Positions 1 to 13,340 of a stretch of 64,000 nucleotides of DNA are shown here, one piece after another. Numbering within the stretch: position 1 is the first letter of the stretch; each line of letters begins with the position of its first letter. The notes below the pieces were generated by a model, which searched no databases, had not been told where the DNA came from, and saw only the letters and a list, made by a program, of their open reading frames with translations. The stretch is from Balanoglossus misakiensis (taxonomy: Eukaryota; Animalia; Hemichordata). Location: contig CM082585.2 in the NCBI GenBank assembly GCA_040954595.2, positions 4,861,358-4,925,357 on the forward strand, in the 5' to 3' direction. A program made the translations under genes and the position numbers.

Positions 1-1833
1 ATGACTAATTAAGGCTGTCACTGAAATGGTCATTGTGATTTATTTTCTGATTAACATGTCAGAACCAATTTCATTCAAATAAGGACTATGTGATACATTT
101 GTAGTCAATTTACTACATGAAAAATTGTAGTTTGGCTGACAGGAGTATTTTGATCTGTTAGGGCATGATGTTTTCTGACCTCAGGGGCAATGTTCTTTTG
201 CATATATACACACATAGCATGTATGGCACTTTATTAGGCCACAAGTCTATGTTTGCTATTTTAGGATCGACATCTTTCATTAATATTACTTCCCAAATCA
301 TCCAGCGGGGACTATATCATTGGCAGTGACTTGTTTGCTGCGCCATTAATGCTAAATCCCTCGTGTGAAATATATCGTCGTCATTCACGCATGTCAAACC
401 ATGCTAGGAATTCCATAAAGTGTTCTTTCGTTTCGGAGTCAAGGTGTTTTTCTTCTGACTGGAACATACAACGTTGACAAGTCTTGGACTAGTTTAATCA
501 TAGCTTATTGATAACCAGTCAACATAATTTTTGTTGCCGGAAATCCCACCTCTCCAAAGTCTAGAAATGATTTGAATTAGCATTCAAACAAATTTCTTGT
601 AATTTCGAGGGTGTAACATACATGAAGATTGGCCACGTGAAAAATCCGCTCTTCGTTTTTACAACAAAATTATCATAAGTTAAATGCATCACAATTGTAA
701 GACGTTTGTGTTACAATGCTCGCCACTGTATTATGGGTAATCGCAGTGACTGAAACAAATTCGGACTTCGAAAACTGATACAATTCATTCTTATACCCAC
801 AAATTTTATGGCAGGTCGTTTTGCTTCTCCGCTGAGATCGCTATAAGAATGATTCAACTATTGAAGAACAGGTCGTAGAAATCATGCGCGGTAACAGTTC
901 ATCAATTACGCTCGGGACATGGAATGTTTAGAAACATCAACATCAAATGCCTCATATTAATTCGATGAAACATGGCATATTTAATCAGACTGTCGCTCTC
1001 GATCCAACTTAAGGGACTCGACACTGTAAACTTTATAGAAATATGCTAATGTTAAGGAGCGAATGTCACCATGGTAACGTGAACGCTTGAGCGTTCTCGG
1101 GAAAGATCTCGGGATTTCGAGCAAGACAAGAAAGCCGCGGCGTCGCGTTTCATCGTTACACGCAGAAAGTCAATTTTCCGGATAGTAAAATAAGTAGTAT
1201 TCACTAGACATTAAGTGCATTTCGATTAACGCATTTGTTTTATGGCTCCAATTATCAATATCGGTGAATTTCAGTACACGCCGGTCGCCAGTTGTGGGTT
1301 GTTAAATTTAATGATTGGAATTTTACTGCGTGTTGGCGATGACAGAACCCACACATGCTGATAACACGACACACGTGTCACAGTCAATATGAAATTTGTC
1401 GACAGCTACGCATGGATTTTGTTGTCATGGTTACTGGATTATCCATTTTCGCAATCGGGGCGTGTTTTATTACGGTAATCATTTCAATGCACGGCTTTGA
1501 ATCTATTATCTATTTACACGTAATAATGGCGTTTATTGTCTTCTAGGGAACAATTTACCAATTTATTAGGTCAGTACGTCGGTTGAATGGAAACTGACTG
1601 AATTGCATAACGTTTCATAGAATTTAGGGTGAACAAAATCATAGTATAGTCTAAGTCTTGCTCCAAGACCATGAAATGGCGGCGCGTCGTTCGCAGTATG
1701 AAAGTTCCATTCCTCATCGACGAGCATACGTCTGATTACATACTTGTACTAATTCATTATTTCTGTATAGTCACCAGAAGGAAATTGTCAATTACCGGAA
1801 ACAAAATGAAACGAATTTGATTGAAATATTTCA

Positions 1834-1987
1834 AGATTTATTTGTCAACAATAACATTGGCAGTTGTACACATACAGATTATGTTGAATGGCCGAGAACT
1901 GGGTATATTAGCATGCTGTTTGGAGTAGAGCATTTGGTAAAAAGAACAAAAATACCGAAAATAAACCCACGGCTAATGTCCCTTTAA
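1834..1987. mobile_element. Partial dispersed repeat family B, copy 1 (right end of a probable TTAA MITE)
   Basis: tttgtcaacaataaca...actgggtatattagcatgctgtttgg...gctaatgtccctttaa matches 6204-6380 in direct orientation and ends in ccct-TTAA. Confidence 0.65.
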
Positions 1988-3609
1988 TACACGTCGCAAA
2001 GTCCGACGAGGTGGTCACAAGTTGCAGTCAATTAGAGTTTTACGTGAGCTGTAACACTTGTAGACTTTGCTTTAGTTTATGGAGGATAAGCACATAAAAG
2101 AACTGATGAAGATGAACTCTCCTCGCTGATAATACGCAATTCCCAGCCACTGCTACTTTTTGGTTATCTGTGATTTTTACGCGCTCTTTCTTTAGGTTGC
2201 AGTAATTATGGCGTCTATCGAGATCAGCAGCGGTGTATAAACTGACATGCAATGACCGACACAGGAGACCACAGTCATGCGTTGAATGCAAAAACAACGC
2301 GGCGATTTATTGGACATTTCGCGCCAGACAAATCATGTTTGCCGATCATGAACACCGCGATGTCACGCGACGATTTACGTGGATTAGTCACGGTACGTGG
2401 GCTGGGGCAACATACAGCAAATGTTAAAATATTGATCTTAGACATTCAAGCAAACGAGTCGACTAGCCCTTAACAAGGCATCAAGTGTGCATCGTTTTGA
2501 ACGATTGCGATTGTGAAATTGCGATCTCTCTAAACTGGCTTAGTTTAACACATAAGGGTTTTAGATGGCGAAAATAACTCATAGCTGAAATTCACCCGTT
2601 CCAATTTTCCAGGACCTGGTTAAATACTCTCAGATATTTCCCAAGATACCCGAAACGGCGCTAATGGTACATTACGGTCTGTGTAATAAAAAAAAGCTAC
2701 GATCTATAGGCACGGCTGCACTGTCACTCAATTCACGGGATCGGTGTCCTAATACCTGTATGTAGGTCTGACATAATCAAAACAAGACAACGTTTTGTGT
2801 CATTCGCGTTTTTCCTGAAATTGACTATCGGTGATATTTGAGGCTTCTGTCCATCGATTCGATACATTTCGCGCCTTCTTGTGATTGTCGTAACATCATT
2901 TTCCTCCTATATGTCCTTCCGATTATCGCCATGCAGGTTCATTGGGTGATGATATAACCAGAATATCGTTTCATCTTTCTTGCCAGCGCTACCAAACAAT
3001 TTCGGGCAAGGCAACCGATGCATAGGAGTCCTTTCGTCCAAACCCACATAATGCTATCGGTAAGAGCGTTACCCCGGCAATTAAATAACACTTAGAAGAC
3101 AAGATTTCTGTAAGTTGTAGAAGGAGGCTTGGAGATACGGATGGCTTAAAACCCACGCAAATCAGCGACCGTAAAAGTATTTCTAAAAGACCTCACTTAG
3201 CAGTGCGGAAGACTCCGGAATATACAATTCAGCCGACGAGAGATGAAAGTACTGAGAACGATCTGCAAGTCCGGCTTAGTAGTGTGGTACATTCTCGCTT
3301 ATTTTGAAGTTCACAAGTGGAATCTTTTAAAGGTTGACCTGAAAAAGGGACCGTACTAATTGTGCGGTTTTTTCAGCGTTATTTAATATTCTAGACAGGC
3401 ACGTCTATGAAATGACGTTGTCCACACGCCGCTGCATTATGGTGAGCAATCAAATAGACAGATGTAGAACTCTGAAAATTTAACCAAGGAACATATTCCA
3501 TTGTTCCTTCACGAAACAGCTATTGCACGAGCTCCAAATAGACATTACAAGCCATACAACAGTAATTGCTCCGAATTCCGTTGTGATAAATTCGCAATTC
3601 GTTAAATAA

Positions 3610-3959
3610 AGCCTCCAGAGCTGCCAAATTTCACATTTTTTTTCCACAATAAAATACTTCAAATCTATTCCATATTCTTTAAAATCCTAACCATTAAGCC
3701 ATATTTCTTGCATTTGCATCAATTTGTCATCTCTTGGCGACGCATATACCACGATAGTTGTGCACTGTTTGTATGCAGGCTGATTAAATGGGTGTGGCAC
3801 CTGTTTAATACATAGCATGTTCAAATTGCAACATACAGCCACAATCGGGCGTCGATGAGATGTTCATGTATACCTATCACTAAGCTTATTTCGATGGAAC
3901 AATTTAAGTTGGAAAATAAAATCATGAAAATAATGCAAAAAGTGGCAGTTCTAGAGGCC
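3610..3959. mobile_element. TTAA-type MITE family A, copy 1 (Kolobok/T2-like non-autonomous DNA transposon)
   Basis: Termini agcctccagagctgcca...tggcagttctagaggcc, flanked by ataa/ttaa. Reverse-complement homolog of 14659-15019 along its full length. Confidence 0.85.
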
Positions 3960-6203
3960 TTAACTGTTAAGTCGTGTTTTTCAAAGTGTCATAAAAATTA
4001 CCACACAGTGTAAAAGCAACAATGAAATATGATAGATCGGTTTGTACATGTGCTGTCGACTTTCAAGGACAACACGCCAAACATTAAGTGTCGCACATTG
4101 CACAAATAAAACTGTTTGCCTCTTTCCGGAATCGGGGACACGGACACGTAAAAGAGTTTAGTCAAAGGCGATGATTGATGTGTGATCTTCTGTTTTCTGA
4201 AAACCGGCCTCACATTACCACTTTGATCGACCTCGTGTTTCTGTGCACCTGTCCGCCTGAATAGCGCATGGTCTCCCCGATTAGAATAGCCTTGTTTTTC
4301 ACGTTAAGGTCACCAGTAACAGGTTTTTATTATGCTCCGGATCCCGAGCTTTGTCAACGAGATATCCGGCTTAGCATGTGTTCAGTTCAGCTGCAAATGG
4401 CATTGTTTCGCTTTACAACACGCTGCGGTATTGCTACAGAAAAAAATAACACTTGTCTAGGAGTTGACGAATACAGTCACTATGGACAAATAACATAAGT
4501 GGCCTGATCACTTGATATTTGTGATGTTTCGCTCAAATGTGATACATAATCCTAGGCTTTGACAACAAGCAAATTAATGCCAGACACCCTCCGTCAGAGA
4601 TATATAGTGGCCTAATAAACGTAGTCTACTTAATATATGGGAGAGTATATTGGCCACCAATAAGCTAATATGTAAAAGTGCCAACGAATTAAGTGGCCAT
4701 GCATTGATTGGATTGTGTTTCTCCTACAAAATGAAATCACCATTCAGTGATCTTGATGCATGACACGAGTGTAAGTGGCGGTGACGGCGAACAGAAACTG
4801 TAATTGCTGAGTCTTGGCCGACTAAGTGGATAAATAAAGTAGAAAACTCAAGCCAGTGCAGGGTTGTTTTGTTTACACGCTACAGAAGCGACAGCCGGGT
4901 TGTTAGCGATGCAGATCGCTTGCTTCTTAATCCGAGGATTCATGGCATGTCGCCGTCGTTCTGGTCACTAACGATTATTCCTTAATTACTGTTCTGTCCG
5001 TTTTTGGGCTTCATTAAATGGGATTACTTTAATTGTCTGGAGACCGTGTTGGCTTCTTATGGTTATTTACCGTCGCAGCCGCCGCGTTTACAAAGTTGCT
5101 GCGTGGTGTTTTGACATTTCAGAGGCTCCTGGCGTGTGTTATGTAAAACCAGCTGAGAACCATATCCTGTGTGTCGTAGCAAATGCGTTTATCACAAATG
5201 TACACGTATAGGTTACAACGTTTGTGGCACGAACAGTTGACACGTCGACATTGTCATGCCCTACAAGCGACTGCAGGTGAAATGACCGATGCCTCACAAA
5301 CGCAGACAGTTCCCAAATATGGCAGTCAGACAACATTATCATTAGCGGCGGTGGCGGTTGTCCGCTGGGCTTACACGATTTAAGAGTGTCAAGTTTCGTT
5401 GTGTGTCTCGCTAAAACGACTGACAGTTTATGTCACCTGTGCGTAATGTGAAATAAATCCGCGCCTGAACAGATACAAGAAACTAGGAACAACTGAAGCC
5501 CTAAAATCAACCATTTGAATGTTATTCGAGTCGTCTTCATCTGTGTCACAATCTATAAAATGCTATCGCGTTTTTGATTATTTCAGCTGCCGACACCCGT
5601 CACTATTATCATTATAAATAAAAGCAGGTAGAGGTAATTTATGGGTGACGTCATCAAAACGTGGAAATGCGATATAGATGTTTTTATTGAAGAACAGTAC
5701 TGCTTTATGTTGACAGAGTACCAAAATACTTTATTCGAGTAAATGCCATTTCACGTGGTCATAAAGTTGACAGAAATCAAATTGTAATTCAGAAATTAAT
5801 GACAAATTTACTATAGTTGCGATCTTAAATATTTAATTTAATGAACCCAGCCAGCCTGAACTACTTTTGCAAATAGCAAAATATTGTATTAGCCAATTTT
5901 TACTATATCTTTTCCAGGCAGAACGGTATTTCTCGCGAAGCATTCACACCTCTGTCGGGCTATTTTGGAAACACTGTCCAACCGAGATTGCAGCCGAGAC
6001 TTCATACTGAATTTCGCGCATTTAAAGTTTCATTTATCTCCATCTTTTCGCTATGTTTTAAGCATTGTTGTGTTGTGTGCCTACTGCAGTTTTTTGTACA
6101 AATTCCTGAAACATTATGAAATATCCAGCATTTATTTTATCAACACAACATATTTGTATAGTGAGCACTGTTTTTGTGCCAAAATTGATTTCAAGTCGGG
6201 ACT

Positions 6204-6380
6204 AGATTCATTTGTCAACAATAACAATGGCCGTTACACACACACATGTACAGGCTATGTTGACAAGCGAAGTACTGGGTATTTTAGCATGCTGTTTGGG
6301 GTAGAACAAGAAATTGCATTTGGTACGCAGAACAAAAATATTGAAATTCAAGTCAAAAGTTACAGCTAATGTCTCTTTAA
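6204..6380. mobile_element. Partial dispersed repeat family B, copy 2
   Basis: tttgtcaacaataaca...actgggtattttagcatgctgtttgg...gctaatgtctctttaa; homologous to 1834-1987. Left terminus not identified. Confidence 0.65.
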
Positions 6381-9300
6381 CGTGAACGCGTGGATTACAA
6401 TCCTCTGAAAAATTGCTTAGAGTGAAACATCACATGCACGGATTAATTTGCAGTCGGACTACACGATATTCTATGAGAAGGACTATCGACAATCCAATTC
6501 ATTCAAAAATCACTTGTAAGTTGTGAACTGACTCAGCTTGACGTCGTGTTTTTACGAGCGAACCTTGATCAGGGATATAAAATTCGTGGATATAAAAATG
6601 CTGAATTGTAAAGTATGATTACATGTTAGCGCACAAATCTCGTTAAACTGATGGTGTGCTGGGGCTGTAAGTTAAACGGCTTCCCGAGAAGGTAGTCCTG
6701 TAGTTGGCGGTTAATTATTTGAGGTCAGGTTAATTACTTCGACACTTTAGTGACAGCAGTGAACAATTTAAAACGTGACAAGTCCGTGATTAATGACCCC
6801 ACGCCGTTCGCAACTGACATTTTGACCTCTATGAGCATTTCAGCAGATCAAATTTTTGACGCTATCGAAGATAGTTGCAATTTTCATTTTTTTGTTCCTT
6901 AAAAAAGTGAAGATTCAACGCAGCGTAAAAGCTGATCCCGCGGTGTAATCATTCATCGGCCGAGCCGTTCATTCCTTATTAGAACGATAATGACTGAGAC
7001 GTGCCCAAATGGCACATAAAGTCAAAAATGTTCTCAGTTTTATAGCGTCAAGTTGCCAACTAACGTTAGGCAGACCCGATCGTGTTATCAGTTATGAAGT
7101 AAACTACCCTGTTACCTTGGATACGAAAATAATATGATATTGTTGAGATTTAGAGGTTTGTTATTTCACTCCGAAGACACCAATGCCAGCTACCGTAGAA
7201 TTCATACTTTCATATAGGGGAATCTGAATAAATGTTAACGTTCATATTCTGTCAGATGTTTCTTACTTAGCAGTGTTAAGTATATTGTTTTTCCTTGATT
7301 GATCGGAGACTAGGTTTGTCCGAATTAACCACAAAAAGAGTGAAGGATATTAATTTGTATCGCCGTTAAGACCCGTCAAGGAATAATAATTTCAAAGATG
7401 AAAATGAAACTCGAAAAGGCAAACTGGAGACTGGCCGTTCAGATTACATGTACGGCGATTGAATCCTTTTCGATGGTTTAGATGAGCTTCAATCCTAAAT
7501 CCATTTGCCACCTGCTATGCATATACACGCCAAAAACACGTTGAATCAATCGGACCTGAGCAGACTTAAAAAGTCACGGCTTGATTTAATGGGCTAGAGG
7601 TGTGACGCGGATCTCCGAAGTAGAAGAAATTGGAAGAGTCGTCGATTTGCCATCTTCAGGCGAGGTGTTTCCCGTTAAGGTCAAAAGCAATCTGCCATCA
7701 CATCTACAAGACCACTAGGCGACCCGCCTCTACACGTCGCCATGTACATTTTCATAAAAATTAATGCCAAGAAGTGTTATTGAAATAGCAAGGGTGAATC
7801 CAATCGCAATTATTGCCGATGCTAAGGCCACGCGCTGGCGGGTGCCACTTGTCTCACTGATTCCCAGTAGATACAATATTGTTTTCCGCTGATTTTCCAT
7901 CAAATCTCACAGAATTAAAGTTCACGTGTCCCCGACACGAGTGAAAATCGATTCAACTGTGATTCCTTGCGCAGCATGTAATCTTATTATGCAGAACAAC
8001 TTTAATAATGATTGGTGAAGGTTACTCAGCGAAAAAAGTTGAAAACGTCCCATCAAGTTGAACATGTACCGCATTAACCTCTAATTGTATATTTCATGTC
8101 ATGTATAATCCTAAACACGAAAATGTCACTGACTGTATAACACCAGTCTGAACCAATGTTATCTTTCTTTTGTTTCAGGTCAAAATAAGATTTTTACGAG
8201 CAATTAGAAACAATTAGAACGTCTCTCTTGTTCGACGTCTTCAAGTCGTATTTCTGTTAGTACGGCGTCGATCCCTCATTTTCTGTACCAGACAAGCGAA
8301 ATCTTCCAGCTACACATGAGTCACGCGACCTTTGACCTCAGTCGGATCAAGGTGATAAACCGTCTTCCACGTTAGTAAAAAAATATTGGCAACATCTGCG
8401 TGAGGTCATAGATTTCAGAGCCAGGGACGTGGTGATATATGTAGCTGTACTGAGGTGTGTCATTACATTGGCTCATCGGATGTTCATTTGATAGACACAA
8501 GTATCAGTCTGGATAATTATATCAACTCTACCCCGAGTCAAATTATCATAATATATAAACAATCAACAGAAGGAAATGTTCGAAAAGCTGATATGTCTAT
8601 AAAAGGCGAAAACATGAAAAATCTACATGTATCTTGGTGCTGACTCCTGCCAAATTGAAAATCCTCGGTGATTGACTTCGTAACATCAGTGTTATATGTT
8701 TGAAACTCTCTGAAGTGGCTTTTACGAACATACCGAGCCAACTTTATATGCGAATCATAATCAAGTACTTTGGTCTGTTTAAGTCATGGTCACTTTATAG
8801 CAGCACGAGTCCCGATTAATCCAAGCGGAGGCCAAGGGGCGTTCTGTGTACAATTTGGTGCTCTACACGAATGCATACGTATCTTTGTCTGTCTCATTTT
8901 ATACTTTTACTTTTATTTTCTGGTTTCGTTTTGACCAGATGAACAGCCAAATATTGCCTGTGTTCATCTAAGTTGGACAGAAAGAGTTGACGACAGCGTT
9001 TGCATATAAGCATATGCCTACTTCAGCGTTTCTCTGTGCGATATACTTTATATTCTTGTATTCTTGGGCAAGGCCGCCTGGTTTGTCTTTTTCGTTCATG
9101 TTCCAGCAATCGAACTCGATTACGGCAATAGAATAATGCCTAATTTACGACGCAGAACAAGTTAATATGTTTCATTCATAGATCTGTAGTGCATTCTGGC
9201 AGTAGTTGATATGATTGTCCAACTGGTTCCTATAAATCATATTTAGCAAACGTGTCTCTATAAGAAGGGGGTCGGTTTGTGAGGTGATGGCGTTACAGCC

Positions 9301-10365
9301 TACCCTTGCGCGTTAATGACCTTCTTTATAGCTGAGCTGTTGTATGGCTAGGTCTAAATTCAATTCCCAAGCTTCGGATGTCTAACCTACACCATCTGTT
9401 TCAATGTCAATAGCCATTCAATTCATTTGGGGCTGCCGGTCCAAAGCTGTGACTTCTCCGAGTCGTAACTAGGCTGCTGATGTTGTTTGCAAGGTCGTCG
9501 TCTGTCTTTATTAGACAATTATCTTGGTATTACGCGTGAAACTCACCGCCTCAGATTAATTTTACTGCATACTGATCACTAGAATGTAAATATTTTATGA
9601 CGTATCTTTGCGCGTGTGTTTGATAAAACAGTTTCATCACCATGCCGTTACTTTGTTCTTGTAAAGACGTCGACAGACAGCAGAGGGTATACTCTATGGT
9701 CTTTTCTTCAAATTAAGGGTGTACGTTTCTTACGGTTAAGATTTCATGATCGGCGGCCCCAACAACAAGCTGGACGTGGAAATTTCACCAATTTCATGAA
9801 ATATGTACAGTCAATTAAATCGGCGTTTTATGTACACATACATAATCGCTTTGGTACCTTGTTTGGGGTTCAACAGCGGCGGGTAATAATTTAGCAATAC
9901 CTTTGAAGTGAAAAAGTATATTTACATTAAGAAGAAGATGCGTCAAGGTGGTTTATTTCTGACATAAAATACGCTAAAGTTTGGATTATCTGATTATTAT
10001 TTTAAGATTAAATATTTAATAGTCTAGATGTTGATGTTTTACCCCAAAGCACTCGAACGGTGTCAGAATGGGGTAGGCAAATTGTAGACATATCTTCCAA
10101 GCCTTTATCACTGTTTTCCTGAGAAATATACATGCAAAGCCATAAAAAATAGATTTCCAACTATTGTTGATGTATCACGATGTAAATGTTTAATTTATGG
10201 CACAGAAGATTCCTGTGAACGGCAAAATACTAGAGATAGACTAAGGTTATAATACTGACATACAACCTCATTTTATATTTTTCCTCCTTTGTGACAGGAG
10301 ATAACGAAATTAGCACAAGAAATGTACAAAAGGGAATTGTAGTACATAAAATGTTAAAATATTTC

Positions 10366-11589
10366 TTAGATATGGGTAATCAGACCGTTCGTTGACACGT
10401 GCGAGTGGTTCGACTTTGTCCTGGTCACATCGTTCTGACGGAAAACTCGAAATTCCATGACACTTTCAGCGCTGTAGGACCGATAGTGGTGAGGTCCCGT
10501 CGACGCTTCCAGGTAACGCGGGAATCTCTGACTTCGACATCGCCGACAGAGGAGAAGAATCTTAAACGCTTTGCGGAACTCCCGGTTGAAGACACCATAA
10601 AGCACGGGGTTGACAGTGCTGTTGATGTAACCCATCCATAACACTATCTGGTACATAGTCACCGGTATGCTGCAATTGCAGACGGGCTCAAACGTGAAAA
10701 GGGTGAAGTACGGCACCCAGCAGATGATAAACGCGCCCATGACCAAGGCCAGGATCTTGGTGGCCTTGTGCTCGTTCACAAACGGTTTATTCCCTGAATG
10801 CAGGTTGATTTTCCGCGCCTGGTTCTTGGCGATCAGCAGAATCCGCACATAGACGCACGCCATGACGGTCAGAGGTAGATAGAAGAGCAACATCCCGTCC
10901 AGGAAACTGTAGATGGGATTCACGGTGAGTTCACAGTGGCGCGGGTCCTTGTAGTTCTGCACCTTGAAGTCGGGCGCGTTCCACCCCAGGTGTATCGGTA
11001 GAAAAGACACGAGCACAGACACACACCAGACGGCAGCAATCGCCAGCAGCGCCCGCCGACGCGACATCTTCAAGGGGTACTCCATAGGGTTCGTTATTGC
11101 AAAATACCGGTCGACGCTGATCACGAACAAATTCAGTATGGACGCCGTGCAGAAGAGGACGTCGAAGGACTGGTAAATGTTGCACAGGACAGGTCCGAAC
11201 CCCCACTCTCGGCGAATCTCGTTTATGGCGCTGAAGGGAAGCACCAGAATGCCGAGCTGCAGGTCCGCCACCGCCAAAGAAACCACGAAGTAGTTAGTGA
11301 CATTCCGCAGTCTCCGGTTCACAACCGGCGCCAAACAAACCAGCGCGTTTCCGAACACAGTGAAAAAGATAATCAGGGACAGCATTATACCTATCAACGC
11401 CAGGACGCCCAGGGAACGGCGTAGGTCTTCCAGTGGCGGACCTTCAGTCACGTTAAATTCAGAAGCGTTCCTTAATTGCCCCACCTGGCTCCAATTGTAC
11501 TCAATTGGTTGGAAACTCAACGCGAACGCGCAGCTCTGTGACATGTTGCTCCGGTACACAAGCGTCGTCCCTTCAGGCAAACAGTTCAT
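10366..11589 (-). CDS. Histamine H2 receptor-like class A GPCR (paralog 1), 407 aa, uninterrupted ORF
   Basis: Seven hydrophobic segments with rhodopsin-family motifs: GN (TM1), SLAVAD (TM2), SFDVLFC with aminergic D3.32 and DRY (TM3), CWVPYF (TM6), NPVLY (TM7). H2-like signatures: NRRLRNVTN, LVLPFSA, CTASILNLF, SFLPIHLGWN, TM5 DG..LFYLP, EHKAT. Four N-terminal N-glycosylation sequons; GC-rich codons against AT-rich flanks. Confidence 0.95.
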   Translation of the reverse strand: MNCLPEGTTLVYRSNMSQSCAFALSFQPIEYNWSQVGQLRNASEFNVTEGPPLEDLRRSLGVLALIGIMLSLIIFFTVFGNALVCLAPVVNRRLRNVTNYFVVSLAVADLQLGILVLPFSAINEIRREWGFGPVLCNIYQSFDVLFCTASILNLFVISVDRYFAITNPMEYPLKMSRRRALLAIAAVWCVSVLVSFLPIHLGWNAPDFKVQNYKDPRHCELTVNPIYSFLDGMLLFYLPLTVMACVYVRILLIAKNQARKINLHSGNKPFVNEHKATKILALVMGAFIICWVPYFTLFTFEPVCNCSIPVTMYQIVLWMGYINSTVNPVLYGVFNREFRKAFKILLLCRRCRSQRFPRYLEASTGPHHYRSYSAESVMEFRVFRQNDVTRTKSNHSHVSTNGLITHI

Positions 11590-12892
11590 CTTAACATCGA
11601 TCGCTCAGCATTTCTGACCACATGAATTAAAAATAACACTATTTGCGAAAAATCACGCCGACTTTGTCAGACACACACCGAGAGGATTTCCCGTGCGTCC
11701 CGCGAAGGTTGTCAGCGTTAAACACCCGCGCGGCCGCTCTCTCAAGATAGAAATCAATTATATCCAAACATGGTCAAATAGGTTATCGAATCAGGCAAAC
11801 ACTCAACACAAGAGGGTCTGTTCAATCGCGGAGACGAAGGAGTTCCGACGATGCAATTATTCGACGCCGAGTCGCTTCCGTTGAGAAGCAGAGCAGCACA
11901 CACAGACTATAGGCAGAGGCTCGTCCTTACCTGAATGATTTATTATCTGGCTGAGTTTAGAAGAAACACGATCTGAAATCCCTTAATGTAGATAACATTA
12001 ACCCTCGATATGCTTCATTTCTCAATGCTAAATATGCACCGGAGTTGCGATGAAGCCAGTTCGCGGCGCCGTTTCCCAGGTTCAAAGGTGTTACTCATCT
12101 GTCGGCAGCAACCAGTATCAACACCTCGCGTGTGTCTTCCGCGGATCCTCCTTACTCATTGGCTGCATGTGGAAATGATTAGTCCGTCCTTAAGAGGTAA
12201 CCATGGCAACGCACGGATCGAAATTTTCTAGATGGGAGTTCTTGTTTAATTTTTCCCCCTTAATGCCGGAACGACGAATGCACCTTATGGCTTGATAGGC
12301 GGGTGTCCAACATAGATTTTGACGGAGAGAAGGTGAAATGGCCTTCAAATATGGTCTGGAGATTTCAGCCTCAGTCGAAGAGAACTTCTTCCGGGAATAG
12401 CGAAATGCTGTTGTAACTAAAGAGTTACAGTGTTCGCTCGACAAAAGAACATTTACATTTCCGCAGAGAACAGGTGAAATTAGGTCGCAGCGTTGAGTTC
12501 GTGTCTTGTATTGCTTACATTAACGGCGATACACAAAAAAACACCCGCACTTAAACTTGCATACTTTCCCTCAATGCTCATTTATCGAATTGGCATAAAA
12601 TGTCACTTCCGTCTGCGGCCACAAAGGTCAAGGTTGAATCTTCAGCCAATTAATGATCAGAAGTGATGTCTTCTCGGCATTGAGCGATTATTTAACGATT
12701 ATTCACACAATATGCGCCCTCTCCTTATTCTCATTAATAACTTGCATTGACGATCTCCCAGTGTTCTTTGTTATGTGCTGGTGGCATTCAAAGAAGAAGA
12801 TCCGGTATCACTGTGACAGATTATAGACTTCTGTAAAAAAAAGTATACAATCATTTATATATACATAGTTTTGAATAGTTATGTTTATGATT

Positions 12893-13054
<162 letters not shown>

Positions 13055-13055
13055 C

Positions 13056-13340
13056 TGATTATATACAAGATAAGACATTTTGAGAAACTCGATTTTGAAA
13101 TTGTTATGCAGCTTTGAAAAGTGCAAATGGTTTGATATTTTAGGAGAACTTCTCGAGCTGGTTTGTTTTATTGATAGAAGCGATTTACAATGTGTGAGAT
13201 CAGAATTCTTGATTTGACTGTGTGCAAACCTGGGTTTATGAAGTGGAATATGATAGTCTCGGAGTCCGTGATAGATTGTCAAGTGCGGTAATCATGAGTA
13301 GACAGATTGGGAACATCTAGGACATGAGAGGAATATATAT
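13056..13340 (-). mobile_element. Possible 3' end of a CR1/L2-like LINE abutting a microsatellite tail
   Basis: Minus-strand translation YHGLRDYHIPLHKPR...NNFKIEFLK loosely resembles LINE ORF2 C-termini (H.Y.TR..LH.P...FK..LK) and is directly followed by (CAT)n(CAA)n. Confidence 0.3.

Noticed and set aside
1-335. Possible 3' end of a Helentron/DINE-like non-autonomous element (similar feel at ~48400-48720 and ~28140-28270)
   Set aside because: Resemblance is from memory only; no second copy or clear termini within the window.
5965-6369. 134-aa ORF
   Set aside because: Non-ATG start, and it runs through repeat family B.
8160-8180. Isolated strong plus-strand splice acceptors (also ~15495, ~23246, ~57602) suggesting a host gene spanning the window
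   Set aside because: No matching donors with open coding exons; such motifs arise by chance in AT-rich DNA. Needs RNA-seq.
10399-11617. Several plus-strand and alternate-frame ORFs overlapping paralog 1
   Set aside because: Same shadow-ORF effect; short and motif-free.
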